A DNA stretch of 64,000 bases from a virus (IMGVR_UViG_3300012020_000004:18921-82920), one strand, 5' to 3'; counted from the first letter of the stretch, positions 53,998 to 62,525 are shown. Made by a program: numbers and translations. The notes: generated by a model not told the origin, from the sequence alone.

Positions 53998-54218
53998 TTC
54001 TGCACCTCATCGTTGGGCATATCAGCGATCTCGTAGGTCTTGGTGCCATCGTGGTGGTAATGCACCACGCCGATGATCTCGCCCACCATCGGGCCTTGGG
54101 CCAGCTTGTGGTACAGGACGTAGTGGTAGTCCTCGCCCTCGAAGTCCTCGGTAGCGTAGGTTCTGAACGAGGAGCAGAAGTCAGCCCACTCGTCGGCGGT
54201 CACTTGTTTGTATTTCAT
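53994..54218 (-). CDS. Hypothetical protein
   Basis: 74 aa, coupled. Confidence 0.55.
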   Translation of the reverse strand: MKYKQVTADEWADFCSSFRTYATEDFEGEDYHYVLYHKLAQGPMVGEIIGVVHYHHDGTKTYEIADMPNDEVQK

Positions 54219-54460
54219 TTCGCTTTCTCCTCCACCTCTTTGTAGATGCTCCCCCAGTTCTCCATTAAGAAAGAGGGCTGTGGCATGTTGCACAGGAAGC
54301 ACAGGTGGTCAAGGATCATCTTCACGGCCGGGTCCTGGCTTATGTCCCCGCCCTCGTCCCGTACTTCCTTCATGGCGTCCAGTAGGGCGTTGGTCACGCC
54401 CACGGGGTTGCTCGCGCCCCAGTTCCAGATCTCGTAGGCGTTCTTGAATCGTTTGCTCAT
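54215..54460 (-). CDS. Hypothetical protein
   Basis: GASNPVGV.NAL...DPAV.MILDHL..LC. Confidence 0.65.
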   Translation of the reverse strand: MSKRFKNAYEIWNWGASNPVGVTNALLDAMKEVRDEGGDISQDPAVKMILDHLCFLCNMPQPSFLMENWGSIYKEVEEKAK

Positions 54461-54609
54461 GCTTCTCTCCTCGCCAGAATACGCAGTGCAACATTGAGGC
54501 TCACGCCCCTATTACGCAGAAAGCCCGCAGCCGCGCGGGTACCCAGGGACTTCTTGATGTTTAGTGCTCGGACGCCTAGCGTGGTCAGGGTCCGCAGGTA
54601 GTTCTCCAT
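54457..54609 (-). CDS. Small basic protein (50 aa)
   Basis: MENYLRTL...GTRAAAGFLRNRGVS; GAGGAGG SD; ATGA overlap. Confidence 0.6.
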   Translation of the reverse strand: MENYLRTLTTLGVRALNIKKSLGTRAAAGFLRNRGVSLNVALRILARREA

Positions 54610-54645
54610 CTCGTCGTTCCTCCTCGGTGTGGGTCAACAAACTTA

Positions 54646-54681
54646 GTGCTCTCTGCGTATTTTGGCAATACACAGAGAGCA
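54646..54681. promoter_or_regulatory. Intergenic 16-bp inverted repeat (one mismatch)
   Basis: GTGCTCTCTG(C)GTATT-TGGC-AATAC(A)CAGAGAGCAC. Confidence 0.6.
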
Positions 54682-54694
54682 CCAATTTGGTGGC

Positions 54695-54946
54695 CTAGTT
54701 GATGCTGTCGAAGAACATCACGTACTTGTTGGTGATGAGCCTCATCCTTGCCGCAGCCTCATCAGCCTTCTCACGCTCCCCCGCAAGGTTCAATGCTATG
54801 GCCTCCTCCAGGGCTTCATCGAACTCCCTGCTCCACTTATCGAGGTAGTAGGCGTACTGCTGCCACTTCACCTCGTAGATCCTGCCCACCACATGGAGCG
54901 TGGTGCCGATGAGGATCAGCACCACTTGCAACCAGAATAGCGTCAT
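54695..54946 (-). CDS. Membrane-anchored hypothetical protein
   Basis: N-terminal hydrophobic segment, 83 aa. Confidence 0.6.
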   Translation of the reverse strand: MTLFWLQVVLILIGTTLHVVGRIYEVKWQQYAYYLDKWSREFDEALEEAIALNLAGEREKADEAAARMRLITNKYVMFFDSIN

Positions 54947-54956
54947 GGTCTTCTCC

Positions 54957-55445
54957 TCACCGCATGACGAGCACGCGAGCGTATTCCAACAAGTACAGCT
55001 TGGGCGCCACGAGGATCTTGATCCAGTCGAGGTTGCCCAAGGTCAGGGCAGCCCCTATGAGCGTAGCTATAGACCCGCACAGGAGGATGGCGAACAGGGC
55101 GTCTTGGTCTATGAGGCCATCGTAGCCGTGGGTGAACGTCTCCTTGTATCTCGCCTCTCCGTACTTCGGCTCGGTGGGCTCACCCCGGCCACCCCACCGC
55201 CAGTACACGAGCCAGGGCGCGGCAAGGATCAAGGTGCCGAGGAAGAACCAGATGAAGCTCTCGATGGCGTGCCAGACGAGCAGCTGCTGGATCACGTCCG
55301 GGATCTCTGCGGCCAGAAAGTCAAGGGCGGTGCCAGTGGCGTTGGTAATGTCCCCGGCCACCGACTCCGCAGCGTCGATGCTGCGGTTGATCAGGCGGGT
55401 CAGGGCCTCGTCCAGCGGGTTTGGTGCAGTGGTGTTGGTGGTCAT
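54957..55445 (-). CDS. Membrane protein (2 TM)
   Basis: EIPDVIQQLLVW...TM...TM..WIKILVAPKLYLLEYA. Confidence 0.7.
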   Translation of the reverse strand: MTTNTTAPNPLDEALTRLINRSIDAAESVAGDITNATGTALDFLAAEIPDVIQQLLVWHAIESFIWFFLGTLILAAPWLVYWRWGGRGEPTEPKYGEARYKETFTHGYDGLIDQDALFAILLCGSIATLIGAALTLGNLDWIKILVAPKLYLLEYARVLVMR

Positions 55446-55705
55446 GCTTGCTTCTCCTTGGCTTGTTTGAACAACAGGGCATCCTCGACCGTGGCGAAGT
55501 CCGCGATCCACGCCCACACGAAGCCATCCCCAAATGGCTCCCGGGTGTAGACGCCATAGTGCGTGACCTCCACGGGGCGGAGCTGGGAGTCCACATATTG
55601 ACCCGTAGGGCTCAGGTCCGTGCAGACGCCCTCGTCAGCGGGGTAGGCCCACATATCGTCCTCTTCCTCGTCGCAGTACAGGGCCTTGATCTGGTACTCG
55701 CTCAT
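55442..55705 (-). CDS. Hypothetical acidic protein
   Basis: 87 aa ending EKQA. Confidence 0.6.
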   Translation of the reverse strand: MSEYQIKALYCDEEEDDMWAYPADEGVCTDLSPTGQYVDSQLRPVEVTHYGVYTREPFGDGFVWAWIADFATVEDALLFKQAKEKQA

Positions 55706-55935
55706 GCTTGCTTCTCCTCGTAACGTTTGCGGATCTCTTTCTCGGTGAGCTCGGGCATGTCCAGAAGGACGGCGAGCTCGTCGGCGCAGTGAATGTCATA
55801 GGCCCGCAGGTAGCCCACGAGCTGGGCGCAGAACAGGTCCCGGGTGCTGTTGCCCGGGACCCTCGTGCTCTTGTTGTCCCGGGCGCGGCGTGCTTCCGCG
55901 ATCAGGGTTTGTGCGTGTAGTGCGGTCATGGTCAT
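55702..55935 (-). CDS. Hypothetical protein
   Basis: 77 aa ending EKQA. Confidence 0.55.
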   Translation of the reverse strand: MTMTALHAQTLIAEARRARDNKSTRVPGNSTRDLFCAQLVGYLRAYDIHCADELAVLLDMPELTEKEIRKRYEEKQA

Positions 55936-56132
55936 GCTCCTCGGTCGTAGAGTGGCCCGTTCGGCAGGGACTGCCACTCCGGGTTATCTTTCAGATCATC
56001 AAGCCAGAACCACCCGAGGCTTGTCTTGGCATACCACGAGTACCGGGAGAAATTCCTCTGCATGTCGAGGACCTCCCCGCCAGGAGGGCTCGGGAGGTGG
56101 TATTCAGCCAGTATTCTTGGATAGTCGGGCAT
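55932..56132 (-). CDS. Hypothetical protein
   Basis: 66 aa, AAGGAG SD. Confidence 0.55.
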   Translation of the reverse strand: MPDYPRILAEYHLPSPPGGEVLDMQRNFSRYSWYAKTSLGWFWLDDLKDNPEWQSLPNGPLYDRGA

Positions 56133-56143
56133 GGCGTTGCTCC

Positions 56144-56383
56144 TTATAGGCCCACGCGGGCCCTCTCCATTGCTAGGTAGATGGCCTCCACCGCTTGGAT
56201 CTGGCCCTCCGCGTACTGCACGGCAAGGTCCCTGTTCGGGGCCTTGGCGGCGCTCCACTCGCGCCACGTGGGCCCACCCCCGATCCCACCCATGCTGCGC
56301 GAGACCTGAGCGGTGATGAGGTCGGAGGCCATCTTCGACCCTGCGGCCGCCATTCGGTAAGTGACGCCGTTCATTTCATCCAT
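56144..56383 (-). CDS. Hypothetical protein
   Basis: 79 aa after GAGGACTGA junction. Confidence 0.55.
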   Translation of the reverse strand: MDEMNGVTYRMAAAGSKMASDLITAQVSRSMGGIGGGPTWREWSAAKAPNRDLAVQYAEGQIQAVEAIYLAMERARVGL

Positions 56384-56386
56384 GCT

Positions 56387-56734
56387 TCAGTCCTCCTCGG
56401 CATACGCCGCCTCTATCTTGGCGTAGCAGTTGTCACACTGCAGGTCGTTGTCTTCGTAGTTGATCTCCTGGGCCACGATGCACCACTGGTCATAGTCCTT
56501 GTCGAGGGTGAGGTTCATGTTCTCGTTCGCGCAGGAGGGGCAGAGGCAGCCCCCATCGAGGGTCGTGTAATAGATGGGGTAGCCTCCGGGCCAGGCGTAG
56601 GCGGGGCACTCAAGGTGGCTGAACGTGTAGCCGTGCCTGACCATGTCCTCGGCGCTGTCCCTCGTGGTCTCATAGAACCTCGTGCCGTATGGGCTGATGA
56701 GGACGTGCTCGGGGGCGGGATAGTGGATAGTCAT
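56387..56734 (-). CDS. Hypothetical zinc-binding protein
   Basis: YAWPGGYPIYY...DGGCLCPSC...INYED.DL.CDNC...IEAAY. Confidence 0.7.
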   Translation of the reverse strand: MTIHYPAPEHVLISPYGTRFYETTRDSAEDMVRHGYTFSHLECPAYAWPGGYPIYYTTLDGGCLCPSCANENMNLTLDKDYDQWCIVAQEINYEDNDLQCDNCYAKIEAAYAEED

Positions 56735-56738
56735 GGTT

Positions 56739-57035
56739 TTACTCCTCGTACTCGATCCAGTCGGTGAGCCAGCGGACGAAGCCCCTGCCTTTCTCATAGA
56801 AGTTGGCGTCCTCTGGCGTGTCTGCGGTGCTGGTGTAGTAGACAGAGGTATCGCTTTCGAACAGCGCCACCCGGTACTTCTTGGCGGGAGGCTTGATGCG
56901 GTAGCTCTTTCCACAGAAATTAGGGTCTTTCAGTGCCAGGTCGCACCACTTGTTGTTGAGGCCGTCCCAAACCTGCACATCTTTCCCTTCAGCCCACGCG
57001 ATGATCACGTCGGCATGCTTGTGCCGCTTGCTCAT
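56739..57035 (-). CDS. Hypothetical phage protein
   Basis: RHKHADVIIAWAEG..VQ...YRIKP. Confidence 0.7.
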   Translation of the reverse strand: MSKRHKHADVIIAWAEGKDVQVWDGLNNKWCDLALKDPNFCGKSYRIKPPAKKYRVALFESDTSVYYTSTADTPEDANFYEKGRGFVRWLTDWIEYEE

Positions 57036-57280
57036 ACCCCGACCCTCCTCACACGATAGCGTTCAGCGATCAGGAGCTGGACCCTGACCAAGTCCTCGCC
57101 ATTGACGAGCTGCTCCAGCATCTGGATGTAGCGGTCGAGCCGCATGGCCATGAAGCCTGCGACCGCGGCCGGCTCCAGGGTGTCGCCCCTGTCCAGGCCC
57201 ATGTCAAGGCCTGCGGCCACGCAGTCCGCTATCATCTGGCCCCTGAAGGTCTCGTGGGGTGCTTGCTTGTTCATGTCCAT
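57032..57280 (-). CDS. Hypothetical protein
   Basis: 82 aa. Confidence 0.55.
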   Translation of the reverse strand: MDMNKQAPHETFRGQMIADCVAAGLDMGLDRGDTLEPAAVAGFMAMRLDRYIQMLEQLVNGEDLVRVQLLIAERYRVRRVGV

Positions 57281-57283
57281 GAT

Positions 57284-57529
57284 TCAGTCCTCCAGGATCT
57301 GGTCCAAGGTCTTGATCGGGTGGGCGGCGCTGACCTCGGCCTCGATCTCGGCCACTTTAGGTGGAGGCACGCACGCCTCCAGCGCCTCGACGTAGGCACA
57401 CAAATGGGCCAGGATGTCCGCCGCGTCCTGCGTGGTTTGGGCGTAGCGGGCATCGTCCACGTCCATCTCCGCTTGCTTGCTGATTGCGAACGTGGCTCGC
57501 GTGATGAGGTCGAGGATATGGCTGCTCAC
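57284..57529 (-). CDS. Hypothetical protein
   Basis: GTG start overlapping upstream stop. Confidence 0.55.
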   Translation of the reverse strand: MSSHILDLITRATFAISKQAEMDVDDARYAQTTQDAADILAHLCAYVEALEACVPPPKVAEIEAEVSAAHPIKTLDQILED

Positions 57530-58263
57530 AGTCCTTCTCCTTCCTTGAACGTGACGTGGAGGCACGCGATGCGGCTGCTGTCTGCGTACTGGTCCGCTTC
57601 TGCCCTCGACCTATTGGCCGCCGCCCGACAGTACCCCGGCTCCTCCGGGTAGACATTGAGCCACAGGCTGTGCTCGGGCTTCTCCGGGTCCTCGCCGGCC
57701 GCCTTCTCGCGCATGGTGGCGATCCTCTCCCGCAGCAAGTCGCCCAGGCTCTTGGGCTCCTCGGGGACATGTCCCCCATCGGCACACGTGACATACGGCG
57801 AGCTGAACTCACGGTTCGTGTCCCGGCCGAACCAGTGCGGGGCAGTCTCCAAGGTGTCGATGATGCCCTTGGCCTCGGAGAGGCCAAGGCCCCCACGGCG
57901 ATCCCACGCGGGAAGCGCGTTGGCTGCCATGAATGCCTTCCACTTCTCGTTGGTGATGTAGGGCGGGAGCGCGGCCGGGATACCGGTCCATACGCACGTC
58001 GAGGCGCGCAGGAGCTTGATCGCCTCAACCTTCCTGCTGGCGACAAGGTGTTGCACGATGCTGCGCCACTGCCCCCAGCTGGGGCACTCGAGCACGCGGT
58101 CGGGGTCCTCGCCGTGCTCTCGCTCATGGTTGATGTAGGCGCAGACGGCGTTCCAGAACGTGACGACGTGCGGACTTTCATTCATGCAGCGGTCCAGGTC
58201 GTTTTCCTCGTCCAGGCGAGTGGCGAAGTAGCTTTCCGGGGATGCTTGGTAGTCGTAGCTCAT
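57526..58263 (-). CDS. Protein containing ribosomal bL12 (L7/L12) C-terminal-like motif
   Basis: KVEAIKLLRAST...GGLGLSEAKGIID. Confidence 0.6.
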   Translation of the reverse strand: MSYDYQASPESYFATRLDEENDLDRCMNESPHVVTFWNAVCAYINHEREHGEDPDRVLECPSWGQWRSIVQHLVASRKVEAIKLLRASTCVWTGIPAALPPYITNEKWKAFMAANALPAWDRRGGLGLSEAKGIIDTLETAPHWFGRDTNREFSSPYVTCADGGHVPEEPKSLGDLLRERIATMREKAAGEDPEKPEHSLWLNVYPEEPGYCRAAANRSRAEADQYADSSRIACLHVTFKEGEGL

Positions 58264-58685
58264 GGTTGTTGCTCCTTGGTTTGTGCGTTGAAAAGGTGGG
58301 GGAACAGGGACGAGGCAAGTGTCTGGCGCCGTTGCTTGTACGCCTCGGCGTCCTGGCGCTCGATCTCTTGATCGGCAAGCTCGAGGGCTTCACGCTGCTC
58401 GTCCTCCAGCAGCAGGGCCTGCTCATGCGGCGTGAGATCGCTGCGATTCACGAACAGGGTGAACTTTACGCCCCCGAGGCCCCCGTAAAGGATGTCCCGC
58501 ATACGGTAGATGCGCAGCTCCAAGTCTTCCGCACGAACTTCGACGCCTACGGCATACCAGGTCTTGTCCGTGAGGCCCGGGTCTTCCTTGCGCAGCCGGG
58601 TCCAGACAGCGTGGGCGAGGCGGGGGCTCTCCGCGGACCCCGAGGAGTACTCGTGGGGGTAGAGGGTAAAGGGGTAGATGCTCAT
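58260..58685 (-). CDS. Hypothetical protein
   Basis: 141 aa. Confidence 0.6.
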   Translation of the reverse strand: MSIYPFTLYPHEYSSGSAESPRLAHAVWTRLRKEDPGLTDKTWYAVGVEVRAEDLELRIYRMRDILYGGLGGVKFTLFVNRSDLTPHEQALLLEDEQREALELADQEIERQDAEAYKQRRQTLASSLFPHLFNAQTKEQQP

Positions 58686-58703
58686 TTCGTCGTTCCTCCT
58701 CGC

Positions 58704-58943
58704 TCAGAGGCACTCGATTTCTTCGAGCGCGGTGTAAAAGCTGGTGACCTCGTTGATCACGAAGGACCACGAGGCGATGATGGGGTCCGACTCAAGGTTG
58801 TCCCCGTAGTCGATGACTACCTCATAGCGCCCGTTGGGCAAGGTGTCGATGACGAGGCGCCACACCTCGGGGTCATCGAGGATGAGGCGGCGCTTGTCCT
58901 TGAGGCGTTGCAGGTCACGGTTGATGCGTTCGTGCTTGGTCAT
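58704..58943 (-). CDS. Hypothetical protein
   Basis: 79 aa, AAGGAG SD. Confidence 0.6.
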   Translation of the reverse strand: MTKHERINRDLQRLKDKRRLILDDPEVWRLVIDTLPNGRYEVVIDYGDNLESDPIIASWSFVINEVTSFYTALEEIECL

Positions 58944-58961
58944 GGTCGTGCTCCTTCTCGT

Positions 58962-59339
58962 CTAGATGTTGAGGTAACTGTAGGCGGGGACGGCCCACCG
59001 GGTGGCCGTGCTGCTGTGACGTCGGCTGGCCTTGATGGTCCAGCGGTGGTTGAGCTGGACGTTGTTACCCCCGGCCACCGTCTGGACGCAGCAGCAGTCG
59101 TGCTCGCAGGCGCACTGCTGGTGCAGCTGCCACAGGATGCCGCGGATCAGCTCGGACTCGGTGACGGGCCGGCTGGTGGTGATGTAGAGCCAGCGCTCGC
59201 CGCTGTCCCCGCCCCCGTCGATGTGGAACTTGCCGGCAACGACCTTGGCGCTCCACCCAAGGTCGTGGTGCTCGTTCAGGTGGTAGTAGGCGGGGCGGTA
59301 GCTGCCCTTGTTGGTCTGGGCTGTGAGGCGGTATGCCAT
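58962..59339 (-). CDS. Hypothetical protein with CACEHDCCC motif
   Basis: 125 aa from MAYRLTAQ. Confidence 0.6.
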   Translation of the reverse strand: MAYRLTAQTNKGSYRPAYYHLNEHHDLGWSAKVVAGKFHIDGGGDSGERWLYITTSRPVTESELIRGILWQLHQQCACEHDCCCVQTVAGGNNVQLNHRWTIKASRRHSSTATRWAVPAYSYLNI

Positions 59340-59341
59340 GT

Positions 59342-59785
59342 TCAGTTCTCCAGGTAGCCGAGGAGGGCTGCCCGCGCCTCCCGGTAGGCGTCGTGGTCCG
59401 CCCTGTGGATGATGTCGCGCTGCTCGTCGGTGAGCGCGGCGTAGCTGCGCTGCGAGGCCACCTCGCGCATGAGGCGGAAGGGCTCGGCCAACCACTCAAA
59501 GTGGTCGCGTGCCAGCGTCAGGCCGCGCAGATACTCGACGACCGTTGGCACGCCGTCAGGCACCTTCTTGATGATGATCGCGTGGCTGTCCCCGCCCCTG
59601 TCCCAGCCCTTGTCGACCAGGATGTAGTAGAGGCCGGGGCCGGCGACCCGGAAGGACTCCTGCACAAGGTCGTGCTCCTGCAGGAAGTCATCGAGGGCCT
59701 CAGCGTGCTCGAGCACCTCGATGCGTAGGAAGGTGCTCAGCGTGACGTAGCCGCCGAACTCGAAGTCCGAGAGGGTCATGGTCAT
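59342..59785 (-). CDS. Hypothetical protein
   Basis: 147 aa, AAGGAG SD. Confidence 0.6.
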   Translation of the reverse strand: MTMTLSDFEFGGYVTLSTFLRIEVLEHAEALDDFLQEHDLVQESFRVAGPGLYYILVDKGWDRGGDSHAIIIKKVPDGVPTVVEYLRGLTLARDHFEWLAEPFRLMREVASQRSYAALTDEQRDIIHRADHDAYREARAALLGYLEN

Positions 59786-59798
59786 GGTCGTGCTCCTT

Positions 59799-60869
59799 CT
59801 ACATGGTTGAGGCGATGGCGGAGACCACGCGGACGTACCTGTCCTTGCCCTCGCTCGCTGCTTGGATGCAGAACTCCTCGAGCGTGCCCTGGAAGCAGCC
59901 CGCTTCCACACGCACGCCCTCGGCGTGCTTGACGATCTTGATCTGGCGCCCCGACCCGTCGACGTTGGCAAGGGTGAGCCAGGACTCGACGGTGACGCCC
60001 ACCCACTGGGTCTCGGCGCCTAGCACGCAGCTGTTGCTGAGCGTGCAGCTGTTGCCGAGCGTGCAGCTGTTGCCGAGCCAGCAGTAGCTGCCGAGCGTGC
60101 AGCCGGAGCTGAGCCAGCAGCTGGCGCCGAGTGTGCAGCTGGCGCCGAGTGTGCAGCTGGCGCCGAGTGTGCAGCTGGCGCCGAGCGTGCAGCTGGCGCC
60201 GATCTTGCAGTAGGCGCCGAGCGTGCAGCCGTCGCCGAGCCTGCAGTAGTTGCCGAGCTCGCAGCCGTCGCCGAACGTGCAGCTGGCGCCGAGCGTGCAG
60301 TAGACGCCGAGCGTGCAGCCGGCGCCGAGCCTGCAGTCGTTGCCGAGCGTGCAGTAGACGCCGAGCGTGCATCCGGCGCCGAGCCTGCAGTCGTTGCCGA
60401 GCGTGCAGCTGTTGCCGAGCCAGCAGTAGCTGCCGAGCGTGCAGCCGGAGCTGAGCCAGCAGCTGGCGCCGAGTGTGCAGCTGGCGCCGAGTGTGCAGCT
60501 GGCGCCGAGCCTGCAGTCGTTGCCGAGCTTGCAGTCGTAGCCGAGCCTGCAGCCGTCGCCGAACTTGCAGCCGGCGCCGAGCCTGCAGCCGTCGCCGAGC
60601 TCGCAGCCGTCGCCGAGCTTGCAGTCGTAGCCGAGCCTGCAGTAGGCGCCGAACTTGCAGTCGGCGCCGATCTTGCAGCCGTCGCCGAGCGTGCAGTAGA
60701 CGCCGAGCGTGCAGCCGGCGCCGAGCGTGCAGTAGACGCCGAGCGTGCATCCGGCGCCAAGGACGCAGCTCTCACCGAGATCCGACCAAGCGGGGATCTC
60801 GGTGCCGTCAGGAATCGCCGTGTTGGCCGGGACGACCCAGCCACCGTGGCTGTTGGTTTCGAATTGCAT
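59799..60869 (-). CDS. Hexapeptide-repeat (left-handed beta-helix-like) protein with invariant Cys
   Basis: 42 contiguous [LIF][GS]xxCx hexads plus C-terminal VEAGCFQGTLEEF domain; AGGAG SD. Confidence 0.85.
   Translation of the reverse strand: MQFETNSHGGWVVPANTAIPDGTEIPAWSDLGESCVLGAGCTLGVYCTLGAGCTLGVYCTLGDGCKIGADCKFGAYCRLGYDCKLGDGCELGDGCRLGAGCKFGDGCRLGYDCKLGNDCRLGASCTLGASCTLGASCWLSSGCTLGSYCWLGNSCTLGNDCRLGAGCTLGVYCTLGNDCRLGAGCTLGVYCTLGASCTFGDGCELGNYCRLGDGCTLGAYCKIGASCTLGASCTLGASCTLGASCTLGASCWLSSGCTLGSYCWLGNSCTLGNSCTLSNSCVLGAETQWVGVTVESWLTLANVDGSGRQIKIVKHAEGVRVEAGCFQGTLEEFCIQAASEGKDRYVRVVSAIASTM
60024..60779 (-). repeat. 18-bp coding tandem repeat array (42 units)
   Basis: Recurring CTCGGC-N6-TGC-N3 with nested block duplications. 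Confidence 0.95.
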
Positions 60870-60878
60870 GGCTTGCTC

Positions 60879-61127
60879 CTAGTTGATGATGGTGTCGTGG
60901 CCCTCGATGTCCTTGAGGTGCAGGACGCCCGTCTTGGGGTCTTGCGCGAGGACGGCGTACAGGCGCTCAGTGCCGTTGGGCAAGGTGACGCGCACCTCCG
61001 CCCCCACGAGCTCGTTTGCGTCGAACGTGGGGCTCGTGGTGAGCTTGGCGAGGCGTTTGATGATGGGCTGGAGGGTCGTGGTCGCGTGGCCTTGCCGGAT
61101 TCCGCGGATGTAGGTGCTGAAGGGCAT
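60879..61127 (-). CDS. Hypothetical protein
   Basis: 82 aa. Confidence 0.55.
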   Translation of the reverse strand: MPFSTYIRGIRQGHATTTLQPIIKRLAKLTTSPTFDANELVGAEVRVTLPNGTERLYAVLAQDPKTGVLHLKDIEGHDTIIN

Positions 61128-61129
61128 GG

Positions 61130-61795
61130 TCAGGGCCTCTTGCTGGTCATGTCGAAGGTGGTGATGAGCTTGTCCCAGGCGCGCTGGGCGTCCTCGTAGG
61201 TCGCCTCGAGGAGCATCTGGTGGGCTTGGCCGTCCCCGCCCCGGTACCAGAAGGTCCAGGGGTAGATCTTGGCGGGAGGGGCCGAGGACAGGGGCGGGGT
61301 CGACTCAGGCTCGGGCTCCCACTCCCCAGACGAAGCCTGGAGCGGGAAGTCTTCGGGCTGCTCGGGCAGCAGCCCGGTGTAGGCCACTTCGGGGATGCCT
61401 GCGAAGAGCTCGTCGTCCTCGTCCTGCGCGCTCACGGCGTCGTCCAGGGCCTCGTGGATACGCATCGACGTGCTCAGGTTGAAGAGCAGCACGTCAAGGG
61501 TGCGCAGGCGCTGCTCGCCGTCCCAGTAGGGGACGTTGTTGGGGAGGTGCCGATAGGCCTGCTGCTGCTCCCAGTCGACCGGGAGCAGCGGGATCACGGC
61601 GAAGTGCTCGCCCCCGCAGACGAGCTCCTTGCCGCGCAGGATGGCGACGGGGATGTCGTCCTGCTTGAGCAGGTACTCGGGGAAGTTGGGGGCAGCCTTG
61701 CCCAGGCTGAGGCGGAAGGTGGTGCCGCGTTGGCCGTGGTGGAAGGCGGCGCGGACGGAGTCTTTCTCGGGGTAGATGGTGAAGGTCTTCAGCAT
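61130..61795 (-). CDS. Hypothetical protein with Pro/acidic linker
   Basis: 221 aa from MLKTF, AGGAG SD. Confidence 0.65.
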   Translation of the reverse strand: MLKTFTIYPEKDSVRAAFHHGQRGTTFRLSLGKAAPNFPEYLLKQDDIPVAILRGKELVCGGEHFAVIPLLPVDWEQQQAYRHLPNNVPYWDGEQRLRTLDVLLFNLSTSMRIHEALDDAVSAQDEDDELFAGIPEVAYTGLLPEQPEDFPLQASSGEWEPEPESTPPLSSAPPAKIYPWTFWYRGGDGQAHQMLLEATYEDAQRAWDKLITTFDMTSKRP

Positions 61796-61881
61796 GGTGG
61801 TGCTCCTGTAGATGTTCCCCATGGGTGGGGAAGGAAGAAAGTGGTTGGTTGGTTGGCTTGCTTGCTTGATGGGCTGATCCA

Positions 61882-61959
61882 GACCTGAGGGCTGGCTTGG
61901 GGGCTGCCCCTGCCCCAGACCTGAGGGCTGCCCCCGACCTGAGGGCTGCCCCCGACCTG
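61882..61959. repeat. GC-rich direct repeats GACCTGAGGGCTG(CCCCC)
   Basis: Copies at 61882, 61918 and 61936, partial at 61954. Confidence 0.85.
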
Positions 61960-62525
61960 TATTTCAGAATAGGGGAAAATCTAGCAGGCGGCGCTGAAAC
62001 CCAAGGCTGGCGCGGGGCCTGGCCAAGTGTGCTTCAGACAGGGTCTTCTATAAACCCAAAACCCGCCAAAAAATGCCCCCACCTGGGGTAAAGGCAAGTT
62101 GAGAGTGTGTGCTTGCTAAATGCGAGGAGATCGCATTTACCCTTTCGAAAGGCTCCCTATATATTGGAAAAGAATTGGTTTTATATATATAGAGAGGAAA
62201 CCTTGTGGTTACTGGCTTGCAGCTTGATCTGCTGGATTTTCCCCTATTCTCGAAAGACTAGGAAAATTTTGCCGTGGAACCACTTGCAAAAAGGCGTGAA
62301 ACCCTTGCAGTTGCTGGGTTTCTGCCCTTTTCCCATGAATAAACAGGGGTCAGTTATTCATGGGTAGCCATTTAGGACTTACCTTGCTTTTGGCAACTTC
62401 TTTCCATAGCGTTAGCCTATGGCTTTTCTCTGCGCTGGTAGCCGTTTGCTGTTGCAGCATCAGGAAGTGCTCATGTTTCCAGAAGCACTTGCTGATGCAG
62501 GCCCCGACTTGGGGCCCTTGCTTGG

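Noticed and set aside
58242-59357. 371-aa plus-strand ORF
   Set aside because: It lies antisense to three coupled minus-strand genes that have good SDs.
59782-60886. Alternative-frame repeat ORFs (LHARRR.., SAPAAR..) and a CRISPR-like reading of the 18-bp array
   Set aside because: These are shadow frames of the hexapeptide gene; the units are contiguous codon repeats without unique spacers, and there are no cas genes.
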